A stretch of 64,000 bases of DNA. Origin: Heptranchias perlo. Taxonomy: Eukaryota. The DNA lies in the NCBI RefSeq assembly GCF_035084215.1, contig NC_090332.1:1736001-1800000 (forward strand). The letters are read 5' to 3'. The notes beneath the pieces are model-generated. The model searched no databases and was not told the origin of the DNA. It saw only the letters and a program-made list of their open reading frames with translations. Shown in pieces: positions 23,621 through 36,010 of this stretch (position 1 is its first letter; each line of letters begins with the position of its first letter). The translations under genes and the position numbers were made by a program.

Positions 23621-25580
23621 ACGTGAGAGAGGCAGGTGTCCTGTATCATTAACGTGAGAGAGGCAGGTGTCCTGAATCATTAACGTGAGAGAGGCAGGTG
23701 TCCTGAATCATTAACGTGAGAGAGGCAGGTGTCCTGAATCATTAACGTGAGAGAGGCAGGTGTCCTGAATCATTAACGTGAGAGAGGCAGGTGTCCTGTA
23801 TCATTAATGTGAGAGAGGCAGGTGTCCTGAATCATTAACGTGAGAGAGGCAGGTGTCCTGAATCATTAACGTGAGAGAGGCAGGTGTCCTGTATCATTAA
23901 TGTGAGAGAGGCAGGTGTCCTGAATCATTAACGTGAGAGAGGCAGGTGTCCTGAATCATTAACGTGAGAGAGGCAGGTGTCCTGAATCATTAACGTGAGA
24001 GAGGCAGGTGTCCTGTATCATTAATGTGAGAGAGGCAGGTGTCCTGAATCATTAACGTGAGAGAGGCAGGTGTCCTGAATCATTAACGTGAGAGAGGCAG
24101 GTGTCCTGAATCATTAACGTGAGAGAGGCAGGTGTCCTGTATCATTAATGTGAGAGAGGCAGGTGTCCTGAATCATTAACGTGAGAGAGGCAGGTGTCCT
24201 GAATCATTAACGTGAGAGAGGCAGGTGTCCTGAATCATTAACGTGAGAGAGGCAGGTGTCCTGAATCATTAACGTGAGAGAGGCAGGTGTCCTGTATCAT
24301 TAATGTGAGAGAGGCAGGTGTCCTGAATCATTAACGTGAGAGAGGCAGGTGTCCTGAATCATTAACGTGAGAGAGGCAGGTGTCCTGAATCATTAACGTG
24401 AGAGAGGCAGGTGTCCTGTATCATTAACGTGAGAGAGGCAGGTGTCCTGAATCATTACCGTGAGAGAGGCAGGTGTCCTGAATCATTAACGTGAGAGAGG
24501 CAGGTGTCCTGAATCATTAACGTGAGAGAGGCAGGTGTCCTGAATCATTACCGTGAGAGAGGCAGGTGTCCTGTATCATTAACGTGAGAGAGGCAGGTGT
24601 CCTGTATCATTAATGTGAGAGAGGCAGGTGTCCTGAATCATTAACGTGAGAGAGGCAGGTGTCCTGAATCATTAACGTGAGAGAGGCAGGTGTCCTGTAT
24701 CATTAACGTGAGAGAGGCAGGTGTCCTGAATCATTAACGTGAGAGAGGCAGGTGTCCTGAATCATTAACGTGAGAGAGGCAGGTGTCCTGAATCATTAAC
24801 GTGAGAGAGGCAGGTGTCCTGAATCATTAACGTGAGAGAGGCAGGTGTCCTGAATCATTAACGTGAGAGAGGCAGGTGTCCTGTATCATTACCGTGAGAG
24901 AGGCAGGTGTCCTGAATCATTAACGTGAGAGAGGCAGGTGTCCTGTATCATTAACGTGAGAGAGGCAGGTGTCCTGAATCATTACCGTGAGAGAGGCAGG
25001 TGTCCTGTATCATTACCGTGAGAGAGGCAGGTGTCCTGAATCATTAACGTGAGAGAGGCAGGTGTCCTGTATCATTAACGTGAGAGAGGCAGGTGTCCTG
25101 TATCATTACCGTGAGAGAGGCAGGTGTCCTGTATCATTAACGTGAGAGAGGCAGGTGTCCTGAATCATTACCGTGAGAGAGGCAGGTGTCCTGTATCATT
25201 ACCGTGAGAGAGGCAGGTGTCCTGAATCATTAACGTGAGAGAGGCAGGTGTCCTGAATCATTAACGTGAGAGAGGCAGGTGTCCTGTATCATTAACGTGA
25301 GAGAGGCAGGTGTCCTGTATCATTACCGTGAGAGAGGCAGGTGTCCTGTATCATTAACGTGAGAGAGGCAGGTGTCCTGTATCATTAACGTGAGAGAGGC
25401 AGGTGTCCTGTATCATTACCGTGAGAGAGGCAGGTGTCCTGAATCATTAACGTGAGAGAGGCAGGTGTCCTGAATCATTAACGTGGGAGAGGCAGGTGTC
25501 CTGAATCATTAACGTGAGAGAGGCAGGTGTCCTGAATCATTAACGTGAGAGAGGCAGGTGTCCTGAATCATTAACGTGAG
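23621..25580 (+). repeat. 31-bp minisatellite (acgtgagagaggcaggtgtcctgaatcatta), about 63 copies
   Basis: Period 31 (acgtg at 23621, 23652, ...); variants gaatc/gtatc and taac/taat/tacc. Confidence 0.97.
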
Positions 25581-25687
25581 CCCAGTTGAACCTGTTAGTG
25601 GGAGAATGTATAAGGGAGAACCAGGCTCGCGTTCCCAGAATTCCTATCGATAAGCATGCTGGGACAGTTATCAAACGTTAATTTTTC

Positions 25688-25693
25688 TTTATT
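25688..25693 (-). promoter_or_regulatory. Candidate poly(A) signal of gene B (another at 26179-26184)
   Basis: AATAAA on the minus strand downstream of the stop codon. Confidence 0.35.
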
Positions 25694-26193
25694 CGATGTT
25701 AATAATAGGGAAACTCCTCTGATGGTTTGGTGGAAAAATGCAGTGTGTGGTGTGATACTGAGCTGGACAGACAGCACTGAGCTCACTATCCTGAGACAGG
25801 GTATAGTGAAAGTGCAAACATTCACCTCAGTATTACATGGGTTAGGGAGCAGGGGGGGTTTCCAGCTTCTGATCACAACCTAGTGATCTCCTGACGGAAT
25901 GTGTGGGCACTGCGTGAGGACAGAATGATGCCCCCCATAGTCGAGTAGCCTGCTTAGACTCACGCGTGAAGAACGGGACACTTGGGGCGAGGTACTGGAG
26001 TGAAACTGGGACCTATGGGACTACAGTCTGCGCCTTCAGGTGAGGAAATCCAACAATAATTGTTAAACAGAAATACCGATATCCAGTGAGCATCTGTGGG
26101 GTCCCCGGTCCCCTGGTGGGTGCCAGTTAACAGCGACGAACGCTGTCCTCCACCAAATTACATGCAATTGCTAAAGAATTTATTTCCCCGTTA

Positions 26194-26310
26194 TTATGCG
26201 CGTTTGATGGCAGCATACTCAGTCGTCTCCTCGCTGATTATTAATGTCGGCCCTCCGGTGTTCTGTCGCAAGAACTGAATGTCGGCGTAATACATTTCTC
26301 CTTCCTCCGA
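26194..26310 (-). CDS. Gene B terminal coding exon with ITIM-like MYYADI and ITSM TEYAAI
   Basis: gtgttttcag|, phase 0: SEEGEMYYADIQFLRQNTGGPTLIISEETTEYAAIKRA*. Confidence 0.85.
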   Translation of the reverse strand, partial: SEEGEMYYADIQFLRQNTGGPTLIISEETTEYAAIKRA

Positions 26311-27739
26311 CTGAAAACACAATGAAATAATAAATACACAGGAGTTTACAACATGGGAACAGGCCACTCTGCCCAACCCAAGCCTACAGCACAAACCTGT
26401 GCACAGACATCAGAGGCAAAGGCTGGATCCCGTCTCATTAACTACATTGTCGCGGTTCCTTCAGTATTCTCCTAAAGGCACTGAGCCTTAGTACAGCTCC
26501 AGGGGCCCTCCGGTACTTTGACTCTCAGGCCTTTGCTCACGCCTGACCTTAGACCGTAAAGGGCCAATTTTAATCAGGAAAGAAAAAAAATTTGCAGGGG
26601 AAAAGGCGGGGGAGCAGCACTAGCTGGATTGCTTTGCGTAGAGCTGGCATGGACTCGATGGGCTGAATGGCCTCCTTGCTCTGATTCTAATTCCCGGGTA
26701 ACATCTGCATAGGCCCCGTCAGTCTCCTGCCCAAACACAGCGGGAAGCACTAGCTGGCAGGTAGATGTGAGTGGGATTTCGGGAGGCAGGAGGCTGCAGC
26801 CAGTGGTTGGGATGGGGGTCGGGAAGGAATCGCAGTCAGGGGAGGGGGAGGAAAGCCTAGGGCCCACAAGAAAAAATTCTACTCTTTTCATCTACCTAAG
26901 CAAGTCTCTTCGTCATTTCAAACCCTTTGATTAAATCACCCTTCAACCCCCTAAACTCAAGAGAATACAAGACAACTTTATGCAACCTGTCCCCTTAATT
27001 TAACCCTTTAAGCCGTGACCAAGCACTCAGACAGGCTTCCTGCCCTTTTAAAGCTTACAATCCATGGCCCTCCTGCAGCAGGGACAGACTCTGGCTGCAA
27101 TCTGTCACTGAAACTGTCGACACGCCCACAAATTATAAAGAGTTTCACAGACAAAAAAACTTCCAACAAAACCTAGCAGTGTGTCAGGTGCTCACACAAA
27201 CCAATAATCTGCTGACACTCCCAGCATCACAACGACCCTCTTCCTGCAGACTTAACAAAAGAGAGGAAGCCAGAACTGGAGGAGGGGTCCACAACCATAA
27301 ACTTTGGAGCGGACCACCTTGGAAATGATCGGGACTGAGAGCGTCGAGGGATTGGGACAGGATGAAGCTGGAGGCCTCCCACTCGCTCAGGGTTGGTAGC
27401 ACCTTGTGTTATTCCTTCTCTCCCTATCGACTCCCTGACTCACTGTCACCCAGGCTTCAAGCCAGGCCCAACCCCATGGCTCGGTGTGTTGCCACACAGG
27501 TAATACTGAGGACGTAAATCGGACCCCAATTGCCATCTCAGGTTGGAACTGATGAGACCCTGTGCTGAGCTTGCTCCGGCCAGCTCTAGGAGCGATAGAA
27601 TCAAAGATTCTATCACAGGGAGGGCAGGGGGCTTTCACCACCGGAATGGTCACCCAACCAGCACGCTCCTCCGGTCACTTCCCCGAAAGTCAAACTACAC
27701 CTTAAGAAAGTCAGGTGAGCTCAGAATCAGGCTCGGTCT

Positions 27740-28340
27740 AAGAACATAAGAAATAGGAGCAGGACTAGGCCATACGGCCCCTCGAGCCTGCTCCGCCTTT
27801 CAATCAGATCATGGCTGATCTTCAACCTCAACTCTACTTTCCCGCCCGATCCCCATATCCCTTGATTCCTTTAGTGACCGAAAATCTATCCATCTCACTC
27901 TTGAATATATTCAACGACTGAGCATCCACAGCCCTCTGGGGTAGAGAATTCCAAAGATTCACAACCCTCTAGGCGAAGAAATTTTTCCTTATCTCAGTCC
28001 TAAATGCCCGACCCCTTATCCTGAGACTATACCCACTATGGGAAACAATTTCCCAGCATCCCCTGTCAAGCCCCCTCAGAATGAGATCACCTCTCATTCT
28101 TCTAAATGCCAGAGAGTATCGGCCCATTTTACTCAATCTCTCCTCACAGGACAACCCTCTCATCCCAGGAATTAATCTAGTGAACCTTCGTTGCACCGCC
28201 TCTAAGGAGATCATAACTGTACACAGCACTCCAGGTGTGGTCTCACCAGAGCCCTGTACAATTGTAGCAAGACCTCCTTACTCTTATACTCCAACCCCCT
28301 TGCAATAAAGGCCAACATACCATTCGCTTTCCTAATTGCT
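27740..28340 (-). mobile_element. CR1 3' fragment with internal deletions
   Basis: Tail aagaacataagaaataggagcagg; ORF remnant LEAVQRRFTRLIPG. Confidence 0.85.
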
Positions 28341-28344
28341 ATTC

Positions 28345-29662
28345 TTAGGGAGAGAGTGACTGAGCACTTGGACAAAGATGAGCTGATCAGAGAGAGCCAG
28401 CATGGATTTGTAAAGGGTAAGTCATGTCTAACGAATCTAGTTGAATATTTTGAGGCGGTAACTAACGTGGTAGATAAGGGAGTGTCTATGGATATTATTT
28501 ATATGGACTTCCAGAAGGCATTCGACAAGGTTCCACATAAGAGACTGTTAACAAAAATGAGAACGGATGGAATTGGAGGCAACCTATTGACTTGGGAGGG
28601 AATTGGTTCGGAGACAGGAGACAGAGAGTAGGGATAATGGGCATGTACTCAAATTGGCAGGATGTGACTTTGGTGTCCCCCAGGGATCTGTACTGGGGCC
28701 TCAGCTTTTCACTATATTTATCAATGACTCTGATGAAGGAACAGAGAGCCATATATCCAAGTTTGCTGATAACGCTAAGTTAGGTGGCACAGTAGTGTCG
28801 ATGGGAGCAGAAAGTTGCAAAGGGACATTAATAGATTCAGTGAGTGGGCAAAACTGCGGCAGATGGAGTTCAATGTGGGGAAATGTAAGATCATCCACTT
28901 TGGACCCAAGAAAGAGATCAGAGTATTTTCTGAATGGTGAGATGCCAGGAACTGTGGAGGAGCAGAGAGATTATGGGGTCCAAGTACAGAAATCACTAAA
29001 AGCCAGTGGACAGATACAAAAAGTACTTAAAAAGGTCAATGGAATGTTGGTCTTTATCTGAAGAGGACTGGAATACAAAGGGGGGCAAGTTATGTTAGAG
29101 CTGTACAGAGCACTGGTTAGACCCCATTTACAGTTCTGGGCACCGCATCTCTGGAAGGATATATTGGCCTTGCAGGGGGTGCAGCACAGATTCACCAGAA
29201 TGATACGGGGATAAAAGGGTTAAATTACGAGGACAGATTGCATAGACTAGGCTTGTATTCCCTTGAGTATAGAAGATTAAGGGGTGATCTAATTGAGGTG
29301 TTTGAGGTGATTAAAGGATTTGATAGGGTAGATAGAGAGAAACCATTTCCTCTGGTGGGGGAATCAAGCACAAGGGGGCATAACTTTAAAATTAGAGCTC
29401 GGCCGTTCAGGGGTGATGTCGGGAAGCACTTCTTCACACAAAGGGGAGTGGAAATCTGGAAAACTCTCCCCCAAAAAGCTGTTGAGGCTGGGGGTCAATT
29501 GAAAATTTCAAAACTGAGATTGATAGATTTTTTTAGGCACGGATATTAAGGGTCACTGAACCAAGGTGGGTAGATGGAGTTAGGATACAGATCAGCCATG
29601 ATCTAATTAAATGGTGGAGCAGGCTCGAGGGGCTGAATGGCCTCCTCCTGTTCCTATGTTCC
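28345..29662 (+). mobile_element. CR1 3' portion, frameshifted
   Basis: QHGFVKGKSCLTNL, YMDFQKAFDKVPH, GVPQGSVLGP remnants; CR1 tail. Confidence 0.9.
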
Positions 29663-30142
29663 CTCTCCCCCCCATTGTTAATGTACTGTCCAAACATGAG
29701 AAACAGTGGCTTGTTGTGATATTGGGAGGGGTTGCTGGCATTTGTGAACTGAATCCCAGCAAGAGCCAGCTCCTTTAGAAGAGAGCTGCTGATAAGTAAA
29801 AGGGGCAAACTATAGCATACAGGCTTAAAGAGGAAGTAATAGTATGTTTTTAACAGCACGTATAAAAGCTGCTGCCCAGTACTTACTGCAGTAGAGATTG
29901 CTGCTGCCTGTTTATTAGTCCGGGTTTCAACTGAAATAAAATAAGAACCTGGTTGAGTTTATTATAGCTGTCATGTGTGTGACTGATAACCACAGTGAAA
30001 TCACAGTGTGATCAAAAACTTCGAGCCAATGCTGTTCACTTCTAGTTAGATTGTGTCCCACTCAACGACCTGCAGCAAACCATGAGCATGGAGATAAGCT
30101 GCATACTCTTAGTCAGTGCTCTACGTATGCACACCACGAGAA

Positions 30143-30730
30143 TCAGTCACGGCTCAGTGGCAGCCCTCTTGCCCCTGAGTCAGAAGGTTGTGGGTTCGAT
30201 TTCCCCGCCAAAGACTTGAGCATATGTCTAGGCTGATGCTCCCAGTGCAGAACTGAGGGAGTGCTGCACTGTTGGAGGTGCTGTTGACCTCAAACCAAGG
30301 CCCTATCTGCCCTCTCAGGCGGATATAAAAGATCCCATGGCATCATTCAAAGCAGATCAGGAAAGTTCTCCCTGGTGTTTTGCCCAACATTTATCCCTCA
30401 ATCAATATCACCGAAACAGATTATTTGGTCATTGTTACATTGCTGCTTGTGGGATCTTGCTGTGCGCAAATTGACTGCAGTGCTTCCTACATTGCCATAG
30501 TGACTACACTTCAAAAGTACTTCATTGGCTGTGAAGCATTTTGGCCAACCCTTTCACTTCATTGAAATAGTGTCATGGGATCTTTTACATCCACCTGAGA
30601 GGGCAGAGGGGGCCTCAGTTTAACATCTCATCCAAAAGTCAGCACCTCCAACAGTGCAGCACTCCCTCAGTACAGCACTGGAGCGTCAGCCTAGATTATG
30701 TGCTCAAGTCTCTGGAGTGGGACTTGAACT
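30143..30730. mobile_element. Two Deu-domain SINE pieces in opposite orientation (+ 30143-30545; - 30550-30730)
   Basis: Alignment by eye to 6981-7439. Confidence 0.75.
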
Positions 30731-30919
30731 AGAAGGCCGAGCAGGAGCTTGTATGTTTTATGACATACCCCGCGCCCCACCCCATGCACCCACGGCCCAC
30801 ATACCCCGCGCCCCACCCCATGTCCCACTCCATGTACCCCGTGCCCCACTCCACCTACACTACATCATGAATTCACGAAGTACGGTATCTGTAGTATGAC
30901 CGCAGCATTAAATATTTAC

Positions 30920-30954
30920 ATAGTAAATATCCTGATCTGTGTTCATTGCTTCAT
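30920..30954 (-). CDS. Gene B cytoplasmic exon (putative; upstream alternative acceptor at 30968)
   Basis: ctgttcccag|AT GAA...TAC TAT|gtaaat, phase 1-0: DEAMNTDQDIYY; joins the flanking exons in frame. Confidence 0.5.
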
Positions 30955-31505
30955 CTGGGAACAGTGAGCTGCAACACATCTACACAACGTCAAATGAAAG
31001 AGTTGAGGATCCAAGATTAAAATTCCAATGCGGGGTAACTGAAGTGTGTCTGTTCACCAGTGGGAACTGGGTTTGAATTCAGCCAAGACGGGAGGGATGA
31101 AACTTCTGTCTGTCTGCTGGCTGAAATGCATTTGGCCGGTCTCAACATTGTCTCAACTGACCTCAGTACAACACCCTCCCTAATTTGGCACTAATCTGCA
31201 GCCTGGTTCAGTGAGGCTGCAAGAATTGAAATATAAATTGTTACAGTGGTGGGCTCCCTTCCAAGTCGGAGGATGAGGCACATTAGTGGTCATGGCAGTG
31301 GGAGTTTTACTCTATAGCTGGCCGGCCTATATCTTAGCCGGCTTGATGCCGATGTTGAATGCTTGAAATCGGAGAATGTTCCATTTTTCAGAGATAACAA
31401 TGATGAGTACAAAATTCATCCAATTGATTTCTAGAAATGTACTCACTAAACAATAAACATCACTCGGGATAATCAGCAGTATGAGTTCTGAATTAGTTTC
31501 CTTAC

Positions 31506-31546
31506 CATTGACTGATGCATCCACATTAACGTCTTCAGTACGAGTC
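31506..31546 (-). CDS. Gene B cytoplasmic exon 1 (ITIM Tyr replaced by Asp)
   Basis: tttacctag|...G|gtaagg, phase 2-1: GTRTEDVNVDASVN; positional homolog of 4753-4796. Confidence 0.78.
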
Positions 31547-32619
31547 CTAGGTAAATGGTGCAGAAGTTAATTTACATGATAAATATCAGTGAATGTTTCT
31601 GTAGAACAACTTAACACTTGGTCTGCTACAAGCAGGAAAGAGCACAGAAACCTCAAAGAACATCTCTTTTCCTTTATAATGAAACCCCGAACAAGTTGTG
31701 ATTGTTTGATTGGTGTTAAATCAATGACTTGCTCGAATTGGGTTCTGTTTCTCTCCTATATGTAACTGAGCAAAGCCGCCAACCAGAGACATACCACCCC
31801 AAGGACTGAGGTTAGGATGGACTATTTGCAGACTATTCTACACTGCTCAGCTCCATTCACCATTCCTGTAATAATGAAGCAGCCCCTACAGCGAGCTTTG
31901 GATAAGACCCAGGCTTGGGGCTGACACATGTACACGTATAGGTACCCGGTCACATGTGGAAAAAAAATCATTTTTTAATCTTTCAAAAGACTCCAAGGAC
32001 TCAGAAGTGATTTCTCAGACTTTTGAAAGCCCACACAAAGAAAACAAATGGATAACAACACAAACGTAGAGGCAGGAAGCAAAACGTATGGGCAAGTGAT
32101 GCAGTGGTAGAGTACCCGACCTCCTGTTTAACGGCTGGTGAAGCAGACTTGATGCTGCATGAGGTGAGTGTGAGGAGGGTTATCATGTTTGGCACTCCAG
32201 GGCACTGCCCCCCAAGCAGATGTAGAAGAAGATCGTGCACCTTAAGAGAACAACCAAGATAAGACCGCCATTAACCAGATAGATGGCCAAAATGTACATG
32301 CTACAAAAGTGTTGCTTGTCACTCTGTCCCACCTTTATTGCTGAGTATGCTAAGCCTACGACTCTTTTATTGCTTATTGTGTGTCGCCACACACTCCAGC
32401 AGGACACATATTCAAGCTGCAAGAGACTCCCACTGGTGGCATTTTCACTAACTGCTGTCACTAGGGGAACTAGAATAAGTCCTAGGTTCAGCTCTAGAAC
32501 ACACGTCTCATTCACTGTCACTGAGGGGAGGCAATTGTGACCAGTTTCCTAGTAGTGCAGAATTAGGTATTAGCAGAGTAAAGGCAGGGCATCTGCTGTG
32601 GTTGAGTTAGTGCAGAGGC

Positions 32620-33000
32620 CAATGGTGGTAAGGTTGTATTGGGCCACTGGACTATAAGTGCATTGGTGCAGCTTGGAGATTAATGATCCTAGAGACTGCA
32701 AGCATCTTGTTGTCACAATGATGTCATGAACCAGGGCTCAGAGGACAGCATTTGCCTCTCAGGAGCCATCATTCCAGACTGCCTTTCTCCTTCCAAGAAC
32801 TTAGGCACAAAGCATTGTCTTAAAATGATGGGATCAGGACATTCACCTGCATGATCTGCTGGTCACTGGTCAGCACATTTAGGGGATTAGAAGCCCCTGG
32901 AGTTCACGAAGGCCGTGGTGGAATGTGTGGGGGGCAAGGTGGGCACATGGTGCCATCAATAATGCCTGGGACCTTGGCGAATCCTGGCATGTGGAAAAAT
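32620..33000 (-). mobile_element. Degenerate PIF/Harbinger DDE transposase fragment
   Basis: Broken-frame motifs PGFAKVPGIIDGT, FVNSRGF, QIMQVN, PWFMT resemble HARBI1-type transposases. Confidence 0.6.
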
Positions 33001-33239
33001 TGCAATGCAATGCATCACAACTAATAAAACAAAACTGCAGTTTTAAAAGAGAGAGAGAGAGAGCGCCAAACACGGATCTATATAAATGGGTATAAGGTAA
33101 ACCATTTAGTGGAAGGCAACCCTTATAGTATTGTGGGGGAAATCCTCAACCAGGTTATTGCCAATGACACTTGTTGCCATTGGAAACATCCTTGTAATAT
33201 AAATGTGGCATCACACTCTCTGGTCCCATTATGAACCAT

Positions 33240-33470
33240 AAGTGAGTTGTTATGATCTGGAATGCGTTGCCTAAAAGGGCGGTGGAAGCAGATTCAATAA
33301 TAACTTTCAAAAAGGGAATTGGATAAATACTTGAAGGGGAAAAATTTTGCAGGGTTATGGGGGAAAAGCAGGAGAGTGAGTCTGATTGGATAGCTCTTTT
33401 AAAGAGCCGGCACAGGCACGATGGGCTGAATGGCCCCCTCCTGTGCTGGATTATTCTATTCTATGATTCT
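33240..33470 (+). mobile_element. Short CR1 3' end
   Basis: Tail attctattctatgattct. Confidence 0.8.
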
Positions 33471-33799
33471 AAAGACAACAATCACCAGCTCAGCTCTCGA
33501 AAATCTCTAAATTATCATAAAACGCTCCTGTGAAAAAGCCCGAAACCCTTTAAGAACTCACCTGCTGAAAGCACTGGCTCATTTTATATGGGTGAGCTGA
33601 GCACATTGGTCATTGCTCATGAGAAAACCGGGGAATCATGCTAGTTATCATTGGCATTCATTTCCACGGATTACAATGTGTAAAATTAGCTCTTGCACAT
33701 TTTCTACACAAGCACGTTAGAGTCTAATCAGGAATCCCGCCCAATTTCCTGGCCCATGTTCCATTCCGTTATGACCCACTGATTGGGACGTCTGTCCCC

Positions 33800-34262
33800 A
33801 GATATTACTATCAGATTTACCAGTGTGATACCAGGGACCAGGGGTCTGAGTTACGAGGACAGGCTAGAGCACTGGGACTGAATTCTCTTGAAACAGGAAG
33901 ATTGAGGGAGAATTTAATAGAGATGTTCAAAGTGATGAAAGGTACACACAGGTGGACTGTTTCCATCGGCAGGTATATGGGAGACACAAGGCCACGGTCT
34001 CTATTTAAGCACCAGGTACGTAGAGGCGGAGATTAGAAGAAACATTTTCACGTAGAATTATTGGAATGTGGAATGCTTTGCCACAAGTGGTGATCACAAT
34101 ATTGCAAAAGGTAATGGATGATTCAGGGAAAATATAAAAGGGAATGAGGGGAAAGCAGGTAAATGTGACTGTGTAAAATCAGTCCTCAAAAAAGGCCTAA
34201 CTTCAACAGGCAAAAAGGGCCAAATGGCCTCTTTCTGTGCTACAATTTCTATGTTCCTATGT
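33800..34262 (+). mobile_element. Old CR1 3' fragment
   Basis: Degenerate ORF2 C-terminus and gggccaaatggcct...ttctatgttcctatg tail. Confidence 0.7.
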
Positions 34263-34433
34263 TATTTAGCTCCTCTCCATTACTGTTATTAATGTCAAGT
34301 TAGGCTATAAACACATCTGATAAAACTTTTCAGGGATGACAGTGAATGTCATAAAGTTTTATTACAATGGTTCACTGATGTCTACTTGAGTTATAAAGTT
34401 TCAACGGTGCAGAGAGCGGAAGAAACAGAGAAG

Positions 34434-34537
34434 GAGAAAGAAACAGAGAGAAAGAGATGTTGGCAAGAGAAAGAGAGAACACAGTAAAGACAGTGCAGTA
34501 CAGAGAGATACAGAAGGACAAAAAGAGAAAGCGAGGG
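34434..34537 (+). repeat. 104-bp GA-rich direct repeat, copy 1 (copy 2 at 36011-36114)
   Basis: Three mismatches between the copies by eye. Confidence 0.9.
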
Positions 34538-34918
34538 CCAGATAAAGATACAGAGAGAAATGGAGAAAACAGGTAGGATAAAGAGAGTGTGTAGCAGAGC
34601 AAGAGAGAGAGAGAGAGCGGGACAGAGAGGCAGAAAGAGAACGAGCGAAACATTGAAAGAGAAGGAAAAGAGGGGTGAACAATAGAAATAATCGTCACAT
34701 TTTGCAATACAAAACTCCTTTAATCACCTGAAGAATTGCAGTATATTATTATAACCGGATAATTTAATACAGTTGATGTATTTTCCTTTGCAGGAAGAGA
34801 AAACTGCATTTGGCCCAGGTATTTGAGCCTATCCTGTGGTCGATCTCATCCCCCTGCACCAACCAGTGTTTAATTCAATATTATAATGAAATGAGATATG
34901 AAATTAAATTGTATTTAC

Positions 34919-35060
34919 CCTTCTGGTTTTAATCTGCTTTGAAAACATGCCCATCTTTTCACGTAGAATAATACGGTTATCAGGATGCAGAGTAAGATGA
35001 TTAATACCAGGGCACAGACTGCGATGATGGAGATGATATGCCAGTTCTTTTCAGATCGTT
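34919..35060 (-). CDS. Gene B transmembrane exon
   Basis: attttacag|..GG|gtaaat, phase 1-2: xRSEKNWHIISIIAVCALVLIILLCILITVLFYVKRWACFQSRLKPEG. Confidence 0.88.
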
Positions 35061-35255
35061 CTGTAAAATATTAAAAGTTTATGTATAGTTCAACATCACT
35101 AACATGGATTGAACAAGGATTCAGGTTTAATATAAGAACAATGGAGACAGACAGCCATCACTTGATACAACACTGCTCTCGGGCACTAAGGCAGAACAGC
35201 ACTGTAGTGAGGGATGCACTGCATGTGGAGTTCATACAAAGGGAGAAACACTTGG

Positions 35256-35763
35256 GGGTAGATTTTCAACTTACTGGCTTGGCGTAAAATTGGTGTTGGA
35301 GGTCGTTCCTGCCATAGAATCGTAGGACGATACAGCACAGAAGGAGGCCATTCGGCCCATCGTGCCTGTGCAGACACTTTAAAAGAGCTATCCAATTAAT
35401 CCCACTCCCCTGCTCTTTCCCCAATTGCCCTGCAATAGTTTTCCCTTCAAGTATTTATCCAATTCCCTTTTAAAGTTATTATTGAATCTGTTTCCACCGC
35501 CCTTTCAGGCAGCGCATTCCAGATCAGAACAACTCGTTGGGTAAAAAAATGTTTCCTCATCTCCCCTCTGGCTCTTTTGCCGATCACCTTAAATCCGTGT
35601 CCTCTGGTCACCGACCCTTCCGCCACTGGAAACAGTTTCTCCTTATTTACTCAAATTTTCATTTCCATTGATTTCACTGAAAATGAAATTTGGGCGGTTT
35701 CTCTCACTGACAGTGATCTGCAATGGAAATTTAATCCCGCGCGGCAAGTGGAAAATCTACCCT
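35256..35763. mobile_element. Harbinger-like MITE carrying a nested CR1 3' end (35313-35650, minus)
   Basis: TIRs gggtagattttcaactt ... aagtggaaaatctaccc. Confidence 0.7.
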
Positions 35764-36010
35764 TTGATACTTCTGACACTTGTACACTTCTGACAGAGGC
35801 TCTGAAATTGCATGGGCTGTGATCTCGACAGTTGCGCTGGGATCTCACTAACTGCTGTGTTCCAGCGCCGACCGTGCCAGAGTTGGCAGGGTCTGTGGGA
35901 GGGCATTTCATTGGGTAAGCACTGTCGGAGATCGCAGTGCCCGTCAGCCCCACACTGCTGGAAACACTATGGCCTGTTGTCGATCAGGGAGAGGGAAGGA
36001 CAGAGAGAGA

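Noticed and set aside
23621-25580. CRISPR-like regular arrays (also 8032-8709 and 42250-42795)
   Set aside because: Head-to-tail repeats with no unique spacers, eukaryotic context, no cas genes
29991-30020. RSS-like cacagtg...tcaaaaact
   Set aside because: Spacer is 14 nt, the nonamer is imperfect, and it is not adjacent to any V or J sequence
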